A stretch of 64,000 bases of DNA from Sminthopsis crassicaudata. Its lineage: Eukaryota. Each line of letters starts with the position of its first letter. Position 1 is the stretch's first letter. The position numbers and the translations under genes were made by a program. Shown here one piece after another: positions 23,632 through 36,418 of the stretch. A model generated the notes under the pieces. It worked only from the letters and a program-made list of their open reading frames with translations, had not been told where the DNA came from and did no database searches. The stretch covers positions 71,886,066 to 71,950,065 of the forward strand of contig NC_133623.1 of NCBI RefSeq assembly GCF_048593235.1, in the 5' to 3' direction.

Positions 23632-24899
23632 GTAATGCCCCTACCTTCTTCTCTGTGGCCTAAGCAGCTCTGCTTCTCAGACAGACATGTTTATCATATT
23701 TTCATGCAATTGTGGCCCCAGAAAGTGCCATATTGTGTCCCCAGATCAGCTTCACAAACCACTTGTTTCAGGCAGGCACATAATGGACACAGACCACACT
23801 GACAAGCATTTTTTTGTTTTGTTTGTTTGCTTTTAAGTGTTTTACTTTGTTTTATTTTTGGAAGCAATTGGGGTTAAATGACCTGCTCAGGCTGACGAAT
23901 CTAGAAAGTATTGAGTGTCTGAGGCTGGATTTGAATTCAAATTCTCCCAACTTCAGGGCCAGTGCACCATCTATGACAGGCATTTGTTAAAGCCCTACTA
24001 TGCACAACACTGTTAGGCACCAGGGTTACAGACACAGAAAGACAGATCAGTTTAAGGAGCTTCTATTCTATTTAAAGAGACAACAAGCTTATAGGAAGGT
24101 ATATGCCTTCCTGTAAATATGATAATACTTGATAAATATGATATACTTTACATATGATATGAGATAAAGATGAGATACTTTAGGATTTTAGGAACTAGAA
24201 GCTAGCCAGGAGGAGGCACTGCCTAGGCTGAATAGGCGCAAGGAGCTGAGAAAAATAGAAAAAGAAAATGTTTGATATCTACTACTGGCACAAACCCAGG
24301 TGATGGAGAAATATCAAAACCTCACTTTTTGGCTAGACTCTAGAGGGCAAAAAGAAAAGTGAGCAGTAATGAGCTTGAAAAGGCAGGAGGGGGTCAGGTT
24401 GTGAAGAAGCTAGACAGTTTTGATTTAATCTTCTGCACAACAGGAGGTCACTGAAGTACACAGAAAAATATGGTTTTCCTTTGAATTTTAGATCTATTGG
24501 TTTTGTTTATGTGAAAAACAATTGTAAATATTAATGATCAAAATTGTCTATTTTCTTCTTTCCAGCCCCCCCCTGCCTCTTTCCCTGTTGCTAGTTTGGA
24601 GTGGCTATTTCTTGTTTAATTTGCTCGTGATGTTTTCTAGCAGTTTTGTTTAAGGAGTCCATACCCTGGGATCTTGGGTCTGGAGGTTGATTTTACACTC
24701 TGGTACCATTTTCATTTTCTTCTGCATGTTCTGTATTCTCCGTTGTTTCATTCTTCTTTTCATTTTAATGGGTTCTATTCTGTAATATAGTTTGTAATCT
24801 AGTCCTCTTGGACCCATTTCCCCACACTTTTGATTGTTATTTCTCTCAAAATTCTTAACCTTTTTTCCTCCAAATGAGGCTCCCAATCTTTCTTTCCTC

Positions 24900-27770
24900 C
24901 CCACCTGCTGCCTTCCTACTAGGAAACTTCAACACTCCCTTAAATGCCTTAACTAGCCGGCTCCTCATCTTCCTCCCCCTTCCCTGAGCTACCGCTTCAC
25001 TCCAGCCCGGCCACACACAGAAACGGTGATACTCTGGTCCTTGCTATCCCCATAAAGGCACTATCCATGTGCATAAGGATGCTGAAATTCATTTCTCACA
25101 TCACAATATTGACTTTCCACCTTTCCTGCTGCCTTCTCATGCCAAATCTTACTCTTTGTCCACAGTGTGGCCCTTAGCCTTTCAGTTCCCTACAGTTGGA
25201 ATTACCCCTGTACTATTCTCTGTTTTCCCACCTTGATCTCTTGGTGAACCAGCTGAACTTCACGTTCTGCTCTTGAATGTCTCTTATGCTATTGCTGCTC
25301 ATGCATTGTCAAGCTTCAGTCTTGGCTCATTCTTACCATGACCTTCAGTCATTTACAACATGAAAGTGGAAAAAAAATTGGAACAGTTTTGACTGGTTTT
25401 ACTGCAACTTTGTTACACAACTTTAATTAAGTCCTCACTGCTGCTAAGCAATTCTTCTACACCTCATCAGCTCTCCATCTTGCTCTCCCTCCTCAAACTT
25501 CTCATGGCTCCCTCTCCTTCCACTCTCAATTGAGAACCTCGACTCACATTGAACTGAAAAAATTGAGGCCTTTCACCATAAATTATCTTTTCTTTCATTC
25601 TCCTCATGTCATATCACTCAGGTGCCTTCCACCATTATCTCCTCCTTCACTCCTGTCTCATGTGAAAAGGTAGCATCACTCCTTAATAAAACTAACCTCT
25701 CTGTCTTCAGAAGTGATCCCGTTCTATTCGGTTTATTCTAAAAGATTTCCCCTCTGCCATCCCTACTCACTTTTTCTGTCCACTGGCTCTTTCCCTACTG
25801 CCTAACGATATGCCCCTGTTTCTCCATCCTTGAAAAACTTTCACTTGATCCTTTGATCCCTGCTAACTCTTATCCTATATCTCTTCTGCTCTTTGTGGCT
25901 AAACTGCTTGAGAAGGCCATCTATTAGATGCCTCCACTTCCTTTCCTCTGGCTCTTATGAACTTGTACACTCCAGCTTCCAACTTCATTATTCCATCAGC
26001 CTGTCCTCTCAGACTGCTTCAGGATCTCCTAACTGCCAAGTCCAGTGGCCTTTTCTCAACCCCCATCCCTCCTGACTTCTCTGCAGCTTTTGATACTGTT
26101 GATCATCCTTTTCTCCTTGATTCTCTTTTCCCTCTAGGATTTCTTTTTTTTTTTTACTTTATTTATATTTTTTATGAATTTTATAATCATAACTTTTTTT
26201 GACAGTACATATGCATGGGTAATTTTTTACATTATCCCTTGCACTCCCTTCTGTTCCGATTTTTCCCTTCCTTCCCTCCACCCCCTCCCCTAGATGGCAG
26301 GCAGTCTTATACATGTTAAATGTGTTATAGTATATCCTAGAAACAATATATGTGTGCAGAACCGGAAGAATTGGATTCAGATGGTAAAAATAACCTAGGA
26401 AGAAAAACAACAATGCAAACAGTTAACACTCATTTCCCAGTGTTCCTTCTCTGGGTGTAGCTGATTCTGTCCATCAGTGATCAATTGGAACTGGATTAGC
26501 TCTTCTCTATGCTGAAGATTTCCACTTCCATCAGAATACATCCTCTTACAATATCATTGTTGAAGTTTATAATGATCTCCTGGTTCTGCTCATTTCACTC
26601 AGCATCAGTTCATGGAAGTCTCTCCAAGCCTCTCTGTATTCATCCTGCTGGTCATTTCTTCCCTCTAGTATTTCAAGACATCCCTCTTCCTGGTTCTCCT
26701 ACCTGTCAGACTGGATCATCACTCTTTGCTGGATCATCACGGCCTCTAGCTGTTGATGACCTTCAGAGTTCTGTCCTGACCTCTATGTCACTCCACTTTC
26801 TGATCCTTGGATTTTATTACCATCTCTATACTGATGATTCTCAGTCTACTTAACCTGCCCTAATCTCTTTGTTGACCCCTAATCTCTCATCTTCAGCTGC
26901 CTCTTGGACATCTAAAATTGGATGTTCAATAGACATCTTAAATTTATAGACGAAACTGAACTAAAAATCTTTCCTCCCCAAGCCTTCTCCCTTTCCAAAA
27001 TTCTCTATTACTGTTGAGGGTACCAACATCTTTCCAGTTTTCCGGAGTAAGCACCTAGGTGTTATCCCTAATTCTCTCTCTATAGCCTACCCCATAGCCA
27101 ATCTTTAGCCTATTGATTTCACCTTTGTAGTATCTTTCAAATAAGCCTTTTCCTGCCCTTTGACATGACTACCATACTGGTGCAGTCCCTCATCAGTACC
27201 GCAGCATCCTGATGCTGAGTCTGTCTGCCTCAAATCTCTCCGCACTCCAATCCATCCTCCATTGAGCCACCAATATGATTTTCCTAAAATGATAAATTCT
27301 AGTGACTCCCTCTTGTCAAAGCCTTGTTTGCCACTCAAGGTTTTTCATAATGAGCTCATTTCCCCCCACCTTTACAGTTTCATACTCCACTTTGATCCAG
27401 TGATCCCAGCCTCCTGGCTATTCCACAAGCAAGATGCTTCATCTCTCAGCTCCCAGCATTCTCTCTGGCTGTCCCCCATGTCTGGAATGCTCTGCTCCTC
27501 ATCTCTACTTCCAGGTTTCCTTCAAGTTTCTGCTAAATCCCACCTTCTACAGGAAGTCTTTCCCAATCCCTCTTCATTCTAGTGCTTTTCCTGTTCCTTA
27601 CTTCCTATTTATCTTGCATGTAGTTTGTTATGTATTTGTTTCCTTGGTGATTCTCTTCCCTGCCCCCATTAGGTGATGAATTTCTTGAAGGCAGGGATTG
27701 GCTTTTCTCTGTATCCTCAGTAAGTGCCTGGCACTTATGAAGTGCTTAATAAGTGCCTATTGACTGACTG
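24900..27770 (+). mobile_element. Long L2 LINE fossil (RT domain to 3' end), interrupted by an L1
   Basis: Translation DLLTAKSSGLFS..DFSAAFDTVDHPFLL (26020-26120) and YHLYTDDSQ (26820-26850); L2 3' end cctggcac..gtgcttaataagtgcctattgactgact at ~27730-27770. Confidence 0.9.
26128..26674 (-). mobile_element. L1 3' fragment inserted in the L2, with TSD
   Basis: TSD ttccctctag(g/t)atttc at 26128-26143 and 26659-26674; poly(T) at 26144-26157. Confidence 0.9.
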
Positions 27771-28443
27771 GGCTGTTGGGAAGATGGAGGTGTTAGGGCA
27801 GTAATTAGCTAAAAAGAGCCTTGAAGTCTTTTTACAAGAAGAAAGTGAGAGATTAGGGCAGAAAGTTTTTGTTTGTTTAGAGAGGAGCTTCCAAATAAAA
27901 GGATTAGTAAATTTGCTCAGCCCAGGCTGGAAATAGTGTATGTAGCAGGAAAAGATGTCTGCAGACCAGAACTCTAAAGCTTTGGCAACATTTCAAAACC
28001 CCTCAAAACCTCTTTCCAATTCTGATTTTAAAAACAAAAATCAAACCATTTTTACCAGCTTTTCCTATTCTAGGTTGTACTAGTCTCTAGAATGCACATT
28101 AAAGGAAACTAAGGAAGGCCTTTGCTCTATTGAGTTGATGCTTTCTGGGAAGAGATACATGACCACTCGTCAGGATGTTTTAGCAAGGATTCTTTTGGGG
28201 TTGGTTGAACTAGGTGGCCACAGATTCCTCTGCCAACTCTCAGCTTCTGGGTCACGGGGCAAGAAATGCCCGGCATGAGGAGGTGGCCAGGTGGCAGAAT
28301 TGCCCACAGCAGAGATGGTGTGGCTCTGACAGGCTTTCACCCTCTCCACATGTAGGAAATGCGATGTTTTTATAGCAAACCAAAGCATAGAGTCCAGGAG
28401 ATCTAACTGCATTTCTTAATGCGTTTTGTTTTGTAGAAAACAG

Positions 28444-28595
28444 TACAAAAATAAAGTACTATATATTAACCAAACTTTCTAAAATACAGGATTCTAAAAA
28501 AGCCTTTTTTCCCTTGACTTCAAAATTCCCTGAGATTTTTTATCATCCGCTGTGCAGCCCCAGGATGGGAACCCTTCCTCAGTTAGGCAGGTGGC
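28444..28595 (+). repeat. 152-bp direct repeat, copy 1 (copy 2 at 30472-30623)
   Basis: tacaaaaataaagtact...cagttaggcaggtggc is present twice with few differences, offset 2028 bp. Confidence 0.92.
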
Positions 28596-29926
28596 TAGAG
28601 GAACCTGGAAAGGCAATAAGCCTTGCCACAGGAAGCAGAAGCTCTTGATTAGGGATCCTTGTTTTTTTACAAGCAAGGACCATATGGTTTCCCTTCACCC
28701 CTTGATTTCCTTGTTGTCATTTTAGAAACTGAGTAAAACCTATCCAATAAAACAACGTGGATTGTGTAGTTTCTCTAATAAGGTCATTTGGGTTTTTACA
28801 CACCATTTTAAGATGTTGAAGTAGTTTATTTGTCTTTAGAAAACTTGAAAGATAGCAAATCTTTGTGTATTCTCCTTTATGTTTTATGCCTTCTAATTAG
28901 GAATATTTCCTTAGCACCCAAGACAAGGCATAAATGTGCCTATTTCCTGAACAAAGCAGCCTTTCCCTACTTCCCCCTCTCCAAATCAGGTTGAATGCTG
29001 GACTATTAAATAGCAGGTTGTACAACTGAGGTAGAGAAAATTGTACATTTAATTAGCTCTTTCATCCCTCCAGACTTGGGGCTGTTCTTTTGTGTCATTT
29101 AGGCACATGGCTTCAGTTTGTACAATTCAGTCACTTTTGGCTGTTCCATATATCAGTTTTCCAAGTTCTCCTTTGCAATGCTGGCTGGTCACTGGTGGAG
29201 CAGAAGAGGCAACAGAGCCTTTGACAAATTTGTTTCCTCTTAGATCCTGTTTCTATCAATGTAAAAGGAGGGTTTGGCAATAACTCTAAAGACCCTTGTC
29301 TGATGGCTTATGATCTGTGAACACCAAAGATATTCGGTAATATTCAGGAAAAGCCCTTTAAGTGGCAAATTTATCCCCTTAACACAACTGTTCACAATCA
29401 ATCTTAAAGTTGAATCTAAGCATAAGGAAAGCCAAGAAGTAAAGGGCTTAGTTAAGCTGCCTCCTTGCTTATGCTAATGCCTCATTTTAGGGACACCCAG
29501 CAATAAGTCAATGTCAGTTACATTCAGGGGAATCCATCGATTATAAATGGAGCACCAGGCCCTTGCTCAAACTGCACAGGCTTGGCACCTTGAAGATGCC
29601 ATGGGTTTCAAGAGGGAAAAAGCCAACTGAATATGTACTGGCTACTTTGGTGAGAGATGTCTGGGGCCATTGGTAGAACCATAACAGGAAGGAATAAAGA
29701 GAGGGGAGATGTGACACATAGAAAGGTGTTTGGCAAGCAACTTGAAACTCTAATTGCCATGTCCCTTTCCATGCTCCATTCTACCATCTGTTACCCCCTT
29801 TTTTAAAAAATTAGGTAGCTTACCTTCAAGATAAAGATTTTCTATAAATCTTAGAAATTCATAATGAGCATAGTTTCTTCCAAGCTATAACACCATGTCA
29901 CATTATACTTTGTTCTTTCCCTTTAG

Positions 29927-29994
29927 ATTGCATCCCCCATTTCAAGAATCATTTGACACTTGGCAGGATTCTAATGCTGAAGACAAAATAATAG
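29927..29994 (+). CDS. HAUS7: HAUS7 exon 3 (68 nt) (R)LHPPFQESFDTWQDSNAEDKII(D)
   Basis: Acceptor tttccctttag, donor AG|GTACAA. Phases 2/1 fit exons 2 and 4. Aligns with human VWPSLQDRFSSLKGVPTEVKIQE. Confidence 0.88.
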
Positions 29995-30471
29995 GTACAA
30001 CTTTATTATGTCAGTGGCTTTATTTGGTCTTTCCTCAGTCCTTTAACATTATTTTGAATTTGACAAACATCAACACAGGCAAACATTTCCTCCTACAAAG
30101 GAGAAGAGAAAATTGAGGTTTGTTGGTGAACTGATTCGTCTCTATTATATTCAGCTTGTTGAATTTCATTCATTTAAGTTAAGTAGATGTTAAAATTAAC
30201 GCAGTTGTTCCCAGTGCTTCCCTGCTTGTTTTTGTCTTCATCTGAACTTCTTTCTGCTCTTGTTACTGTTTTTTTTACAAATGTTTCCTTAGCATTCTTT
30301 TCTTCCCTTGGGGGGTGGAGGATGGGAGCATTATCATTTGACCTTTTTAATTTTCCACATAACTATTTCTCCCATACAATAACAGGTATAGTTAAGCAAA
30401 CCACACTTTTTAGCCATTCCAAAAAATTACATTTACATTACATTACAAATTTACATTACATTACATTACAT

Positions 30472-30623
30472 TACAAAAATAAAGTACTCTATATTAACCA
30501 AACTTTCCAAAATACAGGGTTCTAAAAGCCTTTCTTCCCTTGACTTCAAAATTCCCTGAGATTTTTTTTTATCATCTGCTGTGCATCCCAGGAAGGGAAC
30601 CCTTCTTCAGTTAGGCAGGTGGC
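30472..30623 (+). repeat. 152-bp direct repeat, copy 2
   Basis: See 28444-28595. Confidence 0.92.
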
Positions 30624-31103
30624 CTAGGGGGACCACATCCGACTAGTCTGTCACCTCATTCCTGAGACAGGAGAAGGGGGTTCCATTATCAGGTTTTAAG
30701 AATAGTGATTGGGCATTGCCAACAAAACTGATAATTTCTGTAAAATAGATGAATATTTAAAAATATATATAAAATGGTCATATTAACAAAGTAAAAACTA
30801 ATGAATTTAACCCAATTCCTAAAAAAGAAACTGAACAAACCACGAAGGAACTCCGTAGATAAAAAAAAACACCAGAACCAGATAGACTGAGCAGTGAATT
30901 CTAGTACATACAAAGAATTGATTCTGGTAGTATCTAACTAGTTTACAATAAGGCAAAATGTCAGGTAGCTTTTCTGAGGCAGATATAATCCTGATACATA
31001 GAAAGAAAAAGACTATTCTCTCTAATGTACTAAAAAGTAGGGAATAAAATATTACTGAGAGCCCTCACCTAATAATAATAGTATTATAGTATTATAATAA
31101 TAC

Positions 31104-31135
<32 letters not shown>

Positions 31136-31830
31136 ATAACATATAACTTCAAAGTTTGCAAATTACTTGACAAATATCAAATTCAAATTTTAATCCTCAC
31201 TACTGTGGAGGTGAGTGGCATCATTATCCCAGTTTTATAGATGAGAAAACTGGGTCAGATTAATTAAATAACTTGCTCAGTTCTTACACCAAATAAGAGT
31301 TAGAGATCAAATTTAACTCAAATCCAGAGATCAATAAAATACCCCACCTCACCATCCCTACAACAGCTTGGTTGTTAATAATATTTTTTTTTCTCAATTA
31401 CATATAAAAAAAATTTTAAGTCTTTTAAAAATTTTTTTGAGTTCAAAATTTTCTTTTTTCTCTATCTCATCTGTCCCCTCCTTGAAATGGCTAGCAATTT
31501 CATGTAGCTTATAAATGTGCAATTGTGCAAAATATATTTCTATGTTAGTCATGTTTTGAAAAAAGAAATAGACTCCCCCCCCCAAAAAAAAGAAGAAGTA
31601 AAGTGAAAAATAGTTTGTTTTAATCCACATGCAAACTGTTACTTCTTTCTCTGGAGCTGGATAACATTTTTTCATCATGAGTCCTTAGGAATTGTGTCAG
31701 ATCATTGTATTTCTGGGAATAATTAAATCATTCACAGTTAATCATCATAGAATATTGTGATTACTAGGTACAATATTCTCCTAGTTCTGGTTCTGCTCAC
31801 TTCACTTTGCATCAGTTCTTGTAACTTTTC

Positions 31831-32008
31831 CCAGGTTTTTCTTTTTTCCCTGAGGCTGGGGTTAAGTGACTTGCCCAGGGTCACACAGCTAGGAAGTGTT
31901 AAGTGTTTGAGAGCAGATTTGAACTTGGGTCTTCCTGACTTCAGGGCTGGTGCTCTATCCACTGCGCCACCTAGTTGTCCCCCACCCCCACCCTGGCCAG
32001 GTTTTTCT
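31831..32008 (-). mobile_element. WSINE1-like SINE with 12-bp TSD, inserted in an L1 3' fragment (31380-32030)
   Basis: TSD ccaggtttttct at 31831-31842 and 31997-32008. Confidence 0.9.
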
Positions 32009-32239
32009 AAAATCAATTCCTACAACAACTTATTAAAATGATTATATACTACACCAGCTTGGATTTTTTGTAGAGTGAGGAAAATTGTAAGCATAGTACA
32101 TGACATAACAAAAACAATAAAATAACAAAATATATAAGTAGATGAAAGAAAAGCTTTCCACAAAATACAACACTTCTTTTTTGTAAAAACAAAACAAAAC
32201 ATTAAAGGGCTTAGAAAAAAACAGAGTTTCTTAATAGTA

Positions 32240-32460
32240 CTGTCTAAATAAAAAGTTGGCATTATCAGTAATGGAGGAAACACTAAAGGCCTTTTCAGTA
32301 AAATCAGGGGTAAAGCAGGGAAATCCATCATCACCACTGTTATTTGCTACAGTGTTTAAAATGCTAGCTGCAGCAAAAAGACAAGTTAAAAAGAAATTAA
32401 GGAAATAAACCTAAGGAAAGAAGACAAGAAATTATTGCTTCATTTGGCATTTCCCCTTGG
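32240..32460 (+). mobile_element. L1 ORF2 RT fragment
   Basis: ETLKAFSVKSGVKQGNPSSPLLFATVFKMLA is the L1 RT QG motif. Confidence 0.85.
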
Positions 32461-32949
32461 AAAACTCCGAACTTGGCCAAAGTCTGCTCAGCAAGCAGAC
32501 TTATTTAATTGCTCCCCTTGGTAGCTATACTTTATTTCCATCGGAGCGACTCAGAAGTCTGTGAATGTTTATACAGCTTCTTAGAATTAGGCCTCGCATG
32601 AGAGGCTTGGACAGGAGGCCCTGCCAAAGCAGAGAATCCAAGAAGCAGACAAAGCCCACCTTCTTGGCCGGGCCAGGGGTAGAGGCTTTCGGGGAGACGC
32701 TTCTGGGTGTGGGTAGGGAAGAGTCAATCATGATTGGTCTCTCCTGGAGGGCCGTCTGTGTGGGTCTATGGCACACATGTACCCTCGGGTGTGCACGCAG
32801 ATGTTACACGTGGTGTTCTGAGGACCAGCCCTGCAGTCAAGGTCTCACAGAGATTTCTCTGTAACCTCCTGTTTGCGCTCCGTCTTTTGGCAGAAATTGT
32901 TCCTGACTCAGTTAGGAACTTTAGGAAAATCTGAGCAAAGTCTCAGCCC

Positions 32950-34520
32950 CTTAAGACGCCGAATAACTTTTCCATTTCAAAACGGACTGGAGGCTGAAGG
33001 CCGCATCTGAAACCAGATGGAGTGGAAGAGGGAAAATCGCGTTGCGCCCCGATTTTGGCCCCGGCCAGCGCCGGCCTAATGAAGCAGATGGGGGCGCTGA
33101 CTCGGTCTCTTCCCGGCCAGGCCTGGGGCAGAGCTGATGCTGAGAACAGCAGCATCCCTGGCTGAGGGGACCCAAGGAGCCCCCTGTGCACGGGCTCAGA
33201 AGTGGCTGGAGTCTAGATGATGATGGAAGAGGAGAGAACAGGAATTCGTTGTTCTTTTTTCAGGAAAGCCATCCCCCTGCCCTTGTGGTCGTAAATCACA
33301 GAGCAGAGACTTCAGCACAAGGGCCAGCGCCAAAGGCAACTGCCCCCCACTTACAGAGACTAGGGTTGAAGGTCCAGAGAGGAGCCGATCCCTTCCTCCC
33401 CAGAAGTCAGTGCGGCGTCAGGCCTGGCTCAGCCAGCCCTCTGACTTCCAGGTTCTTTCCCCAACCACAAGGACACTTCCCCCTCCCCTGTTCTCTCTAT
33501 TGGAGACAATGCAGAAAAGGGGGGCTCTTTTCCGGAAGTTGAGCAATCTGGGATGGAGCAGCCGCTCCAAAGCAGACACGTTGCTGTGGGGGTTGCCCGC
33601 CCCCCCCCTTAACACGCAATTAGGTTGGGAAGAGTTAGTGAGCTACAGAAATGCGGCTGATTCCCATTCTTTGTATTAGGTAGGTCCCCCCCTCCCCCCA
33701 CTCCCATGGCTAGTGACACAGATAAGTGCTCTTACCTCAGTCCTAAGTCCCCGGGACTGGTCATTTGCACTGATTGTCCGGCCCAGGCTGGATTCGGACC
33801 CCCCCTCACTCGTCCCCAGTGTGAGCTCACCTTGGCATTAGCGTTTGTGTGGCTCCCTTCCTGGCACCTCGCCGCCCCCCCCCCCTCCAGAAAGCTGGCC
33901 CTCCTTCACAGCTGTTGCCCTCTGGGAGAAGCACCGGGCATGGGCGTCCCTCCGGCTGGGAGGGCGCCCAGGGCCGTCTGCTCCGAGGGTCTCGTGTTGT
34001 GCACGGGGCCCAAAGTGCGCGGGTGCACGGGGCCCAAAGTGCGGGGATGCCGGGGCCTGCGGGTCGGCTCAGAAGTGGGATCGGAACTCGGCTCTCCTGG
34101 CTCGGCATTCTGGGCCCCAGGAGCTCTCTGCTTCCACTCAGGACCTTGGGAGGCGGCTTCCAGCTCAGGCTCTCACCTCCTCTAGATGAGGAGCCTGGGG
34201 CCAGAGAGGGAAGGAGATTGGCTTGGGCTTTCACAGTTTATGGGGGATTAGTTAGGCCTGGGGGGAGGATTAGCATTCAGAGCCTAGTCCACTCTGGCTT
34301 TGCCTTCTCCCCCCCAGGGCTTCCCCTTGGTCAGTCTGGCGGGGTTTTCTCCCTTTCTGCTCTTCCCTGGAGCTACCTGAGCTCCCACTTGCTGGGCCGT
34401 CCTAACTGTGCTGCCCAAACCCTTCCCTGCACTGAAGGAAGCCCAGCTTCTGTGGGAGACCCGGCTGCTCCTAGCGAGAGTCGGAGACCTGGTGTCGGAG
34501 GCACTGAGCGGCCCTCTCCC
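32950..34520. promoter_or_regulatory. Intragenic GC/CpG-rich island in HAUS7 intron 3
   Basis: CpG-dense non-repeat sequence, densest at 33000-33130 and 33850-34110. Confidence 0.65.
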
Positions 34521-34562
34521 CACCTCATGATGGCAATAACTGGGTCTTTTTCATCTTGGCAG

Positions 34563-34624
34563 ACCTCACTAGGCTTGGTCACAAATTGAAGCTGTGCAGA
34601 CCAGACGATCAGGATCTCATTAAG
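34563..34624 (+). CDS. HAUS7: HAUS7 exon 4 (62 nt) (D)LTRLGHKLKLCRPDDQDLIK
   Basis: Acceptor ttttcatcttggcag, donor AAG|GTAAGA. Matches human EMTKLGHELMLCAPDDQELLK. Confidence 0.95.
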
Positions 34625-34666
34625 GTAAGAGAGAGGACCCGCTCACTCACATATTCCTCCCTTCCC

Positions 34667-35229
34667 NNNNNNNNNNNNNNNNNNNNNNNNNNNNNNNNNN
34701 NNNNNNNNNNNNNNNNNNNNNNNNNNNNNNNNNNNNNNNNNNNNNNNNNNNNNNNNNNNNNNNNNNNNNNNNNNNNNNNNNNNNNNNNNNNNNNNNNNNN
34801 NNNNNNNNNNNNNNNNNNNNNNNNNNNNNNNNNNNNNNNNNNNNNNNNNNNNNNNNNNNNNNNNNNNNNNNNNNNNNNNNNNNNNNNNNNNNNNNNNNNN
34901 NNNNNNNNNNNNNNNNNNNNNNNNNNNNNNNNNNNNNNNNNNNNNNNNNNNNNNNNNNNNNNNNNNNNNNNNNNNNNNNNNNNNNNNNNNNNNNNNNNNN
35001 NNNNNNNNNNNNNNNNNNNNNNNNNNNNNNNNNNNNNNNNNNNNNNNNNNNNNNNNNNNNNNNNNNNNNNNNNNNNNNNNNNNNNNNNNNNNNNNNNNNN
35101 NNNNNNNNNNNNNNNNNNNNNNNNNNNNNNNNNNNNNNNNNNNNNNNNNNNNNNNNNNNNNNNNNNNNNNNNNNNNNNNNNNNNNNNNNNNNNNNNNNNN
35201 NNNNNNNNNNNNNNNNNNNNNNNNNNNNN
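34667..35229. other. Assembly gap (N run); other gaps at 986-1177, 12183-12416 and 49643-50078
   Basis: N runs in the sequence. Confidence 1.
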
Positions 35230-35429
35230 CTGTGCTTAGAGCCTGGGGGGGGGCGTTCAGAGGTTAGACTAGGGAAAGATACCCTCAGGCAGCAGGAAGG
35301 TGCTTCTGGGCATTCATGTACACCCCCCATGCCCACCCTGCCCACCCTGCCCACCCTTGAGGTCATTATCAGCATCTCAGTCTACATCAAGAGCTTTAGG
35401 GAACTGCAAAGCCCAGTTCTCGGAGCTTA

Positions 35430-35760
35430 GCCAGGAGAAAGTCAGTTCCCCCAAAGGCAGCATCCGTGAGGGCTTCAGGGAGGAGGTGGCCTGGGATTTG
35501 GCCGTGACCTGAGCAGCCCTTGTAAATGGTTCGGGTGAATGGGACGTGGAACGGGCGCAGCGGTGGGGACAGAGGTAGGCTCGTGGCAGCTGGTGACTGG
35601 GTAGGAACGGCGACAGGCAGGGAATATGCCACTGTCCCCTCATGTCCCAGGTGCGGAAACGGGCCGAATGACGGCTCCCGGGATAAAACAAGGAGAAGGG
35701 CAGGGTGATGGAGTTAACGCGCTTGGAGATCCAGTCAAACTTTTGGCTTTGTGCTAGGGG
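35430..35760 (-). mobile_element. L2 fragment (CpG-rich)
   Basis: gagggcttcagggaggaggtggcctgggatttggcc resembles the antisense L2 block ggaaggcttcctggaggaggtggcatttgagctggg. Confidence 0.6.
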
Positions 35761-36238
35761 AGAGCAGTTCACACGCAGAAATGTCAGCCCTGTTTGTGGC
35801 TTTCTCCCAGGTCTTTGTCCTTCCTGCTCCTTCCCACCCAAGGAGAATCCCAGTCATCTATTTAGAGCTGAGGAGCCAACTTCCTCATTTTACAGATGAG
35901 GAAACTGAGGCGGACAATTTAAATGATTTTTTCCAAGTTATCGCAGGTGGTAGATGGTAGAGTGAGGATTCAAATGCAGCTCTTGGCCCTTGGGCATCCA
36001 GGGTGCCGCAAACAGATGGCAGCCTTTGGTCTGCCTGATTGACTTTGACTGGCTGAAAATCAGGTGGGGAATTGCTGTGACGCATTTGGGACACTGTTGC
36101 ACGCCTCTGTTTGAAGGCTGACTTAGGATGTGGACAGGCCTCACCCACCAGACAGGAAGCAGCCTGACCAGAGACCCCTGGGAAGAGGGAATCTCTGAGC
36201 CCCTGAAGCACCATGATTCCTGTTTGGTTCTCATTGTC

Positions 36239-36418
36239 CGGGGGTTCTCAAACTATGGCCCGTGGGCCCTGAGGACGTTTATGTGTCCCTCGGGGTTCTG
36301 GCAAATGGGCTGAGGGGCGGAGACAGAGGGTGAGCTTTTGTTTTTCCTATAGTCCGGCCCTCCCACTGTCTGAGGGACAGTGAACCGGCCCCCTCTCTCA
36401 AAAGTTTGAGGACCCCTG
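36239..36418. mobile_element. OC1 (OposCharlie1)-type hAT MITE, ~180 bp
   Basis: TIRs c(g)ggggttctcaaact ... agtttgaggacccctg; internal tatagtccggccctcc and tctgagggacagtgaac blocks typical of OC1 non-autonomous elements. TSD imperfect. Confidence 0.8.

Noticed and set aside
34556-35375. ORFs of 227 and 242 aa, and similar ORFs at 899-1210, 12095-12438 and 49621-50085
   Set aside because: Their length comes from N runs.
35377-35841. Minus-strand 154-aa ORF with coding-like codons
   Set aside because: It overlaps the sense strand of a GC-rich L2 fragment, and I see no homology.
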